From an uncultured Gemmatimonadota bacterium (GTDB lineage: Bacteria > Blakebacterota > Blakebacteria > Blakebacterales > Blakebacteraceae): a stretch of DNA of 64,000 nucleotides. Under the pieces are notes generated by a model. It saw nothing but the letters and a program-made list of their open reading frames with translations. It did not search any database and had not been told where the DNA came from. The DNA is taken from assembly GCA_964637695.1 (NCBI GenBank), contig CAZWVF010000003.1, positions 14,838 to 78,837 on the forward strand, given 5' to 3'. The translations under genes were made by a program, and so were the position numbers. Positions 63,605-64,000 of this stretch are shown piece by piece; within the stretch, counting starts at the first letter, position 1, and each line of letters starts with the position of its first letter.

Positions 63605-64000
63605 ATGATCGGCAAAACCATCAGCCACTATAAGATCGTCGACAAACTCGGCGAGGGCGGTATGGGCGCTGTCTTCAAAGCCGAAGATACGACCCTCCAC
63701 CGCTTGGTGGCGCTCAAGATTCTCTCCAGCCAACTGGCCGGGGACGAAGAAGCCCGGGAACGCTTCGTCCGTGAAGCACAGGCAGCTTCAGCCCTCAACC
63801 ACTCCAACATCACAACGGTCTATGAGCTGCTTGAAGATGAGGGAGAGCAGTTCATCGTCATGGAGTATGTAGAGGGCAAGACTATCCGAGATATTGTCGA
63901 GTCAGGACATGTATCTATCAGGAAAGCCCTCGATATCATCATACAGGCCGCTGAAGCACTGGATGCTGCCCACAACAAGGGCATCCTCCACCGGGATGTT
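63605..64000 (+). CDS. Hanks-type serine/threonine protein kinase, N-terminal part (runs off the window)
   Basis: YKIVDKLGEGGMGAVFKAEDTTLHRLVALKIL (Gly-loop + VAIK lysine), ...HNKGILHRDV (catalytic loop HRDxK begins at the window edge). Missing from the ORF track because no stop lies inside the window. Confidence 0.75.
   Translation, partial: MIGKTISHYKIVDKLGEGGMGAVFKAEDTTLHRLVALKILSSQLAGDEEARERFVREAQAASALNHSNITTVYELLEDEGEQFIVMEYVEGKTIRDIVESGHVSIRKALDIIIQAAEALDAAHNKGILHRDV

Noticed and set aside
1-64000. CRISPR arrays, rRNA genes, transposase/integrase genes
   Set aside because: No regularly spaced direct repeats with unique spacers were seen. There are no rRNA-like conserved stretches and no ORF with transposase DDE or recombinase R-H-R-Y signatures. 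The repeat array at 59.9-63.5 kb has gene-sized spacers, so it is not a CRISPR.

Overview
This is a GC-rich (~60%), gene-dense bacterial chromosomal segment with the following layout. (1) 1-21.9 kb is an anaerobic aromatic/alicyclic acyl-CoA catabolic supercluster. It starts with a partial thiolase (minus strand, cut by the window edge) and a divergent TetR regulator. A MenB/BadI-like crotonase-fold hydrolase, an SDR and an enoyl-CoA hydratase follow, which together resemble BadI/BadH/BadK. Next is an atypical four-gene benzoyl-CoA-reductase/2-hydroxyacyl-CoA-dehydratase-like set, in which one catalytic subunit is fused to a ketopantoate-reductase-like NAD(P) domain and the two ATPase subunit genes are convergent. 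After that come an ADP-forming acyl-CoA synthetase, an AMP-forming CoA ligase, a Zn-dependent alcohol dehydrogenase and a thioredoxin-fold protein. On the minus strand lies a second, canonical Bzd/Bcr-type four-subunit class I benzoyl-CoA reductase operon. It is followed by an Alvin-type 2[4Fe-4S] ferredoxin and an 831-aa 2Fe-2S/4Fe-4S/GltD-like flavoprotein that probably regenerates reduced ferredoxin. A 15-bp palindromic motif (TTCGAACGTTCGTTC) lies in both the tetR/thiolase divergent promoter and the reductase operon promoter. (2) 22-24 kb is an AT-rich gap followed by a hipBA toxin-antitoxin pair. (3) 24-39 kb encodes a Gfo/Idh/MocA oxidoreductase, a Tat-exported Cys-type sulfatase, a penicillin-amidase-family lipoprotein, a hybrid sensor kinase, an NhaC antiporter and a hypothetical protein. 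It ends with a TetR-controlled MMPL/RND exporter that carries a fused C-terminal LolA-like domain and is followed by an outer-membrane beta-barrel gene. (4) 39.6-52 kb is housekeeping. It contains pyrE, pyrF, a fused pyrD-pyrK, lepB, an M3 dipeptidyl carboxypeptidase, a cupin/PadR pair, an M14 carboxypeptidase, a methyltransferase, asnA and a truncated FtsX-type permease remnant. (5) 52.4-59 kb holds an uncharacterised pair made of a PPDK_N/ATP-grasp-like protein and a tandem-receiver-domain protein. Then come an AprA/AprB-like flavoprotein-ferredoxin pair and a second NhaC. (6) 59-64 kb is a lower-GC mosaic. Cassettes of HigB/HigA-like, MntA/HepT and AbiEi/AbiEii (toxin gene frameshifted) modules, a secreted hypothetical protein and a partial Ser/Thr kinase are each separated by copies of a repeat. 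That repeat begins with the reverse complement of a tRNA 3' end (T-arm, acceptor strand and CCA). No complete tRNA, rRNA or CRISPR array was found. Many ORFs in the six-frame track are antisense shadows of real genes in GC-rich DNA and were discarded.
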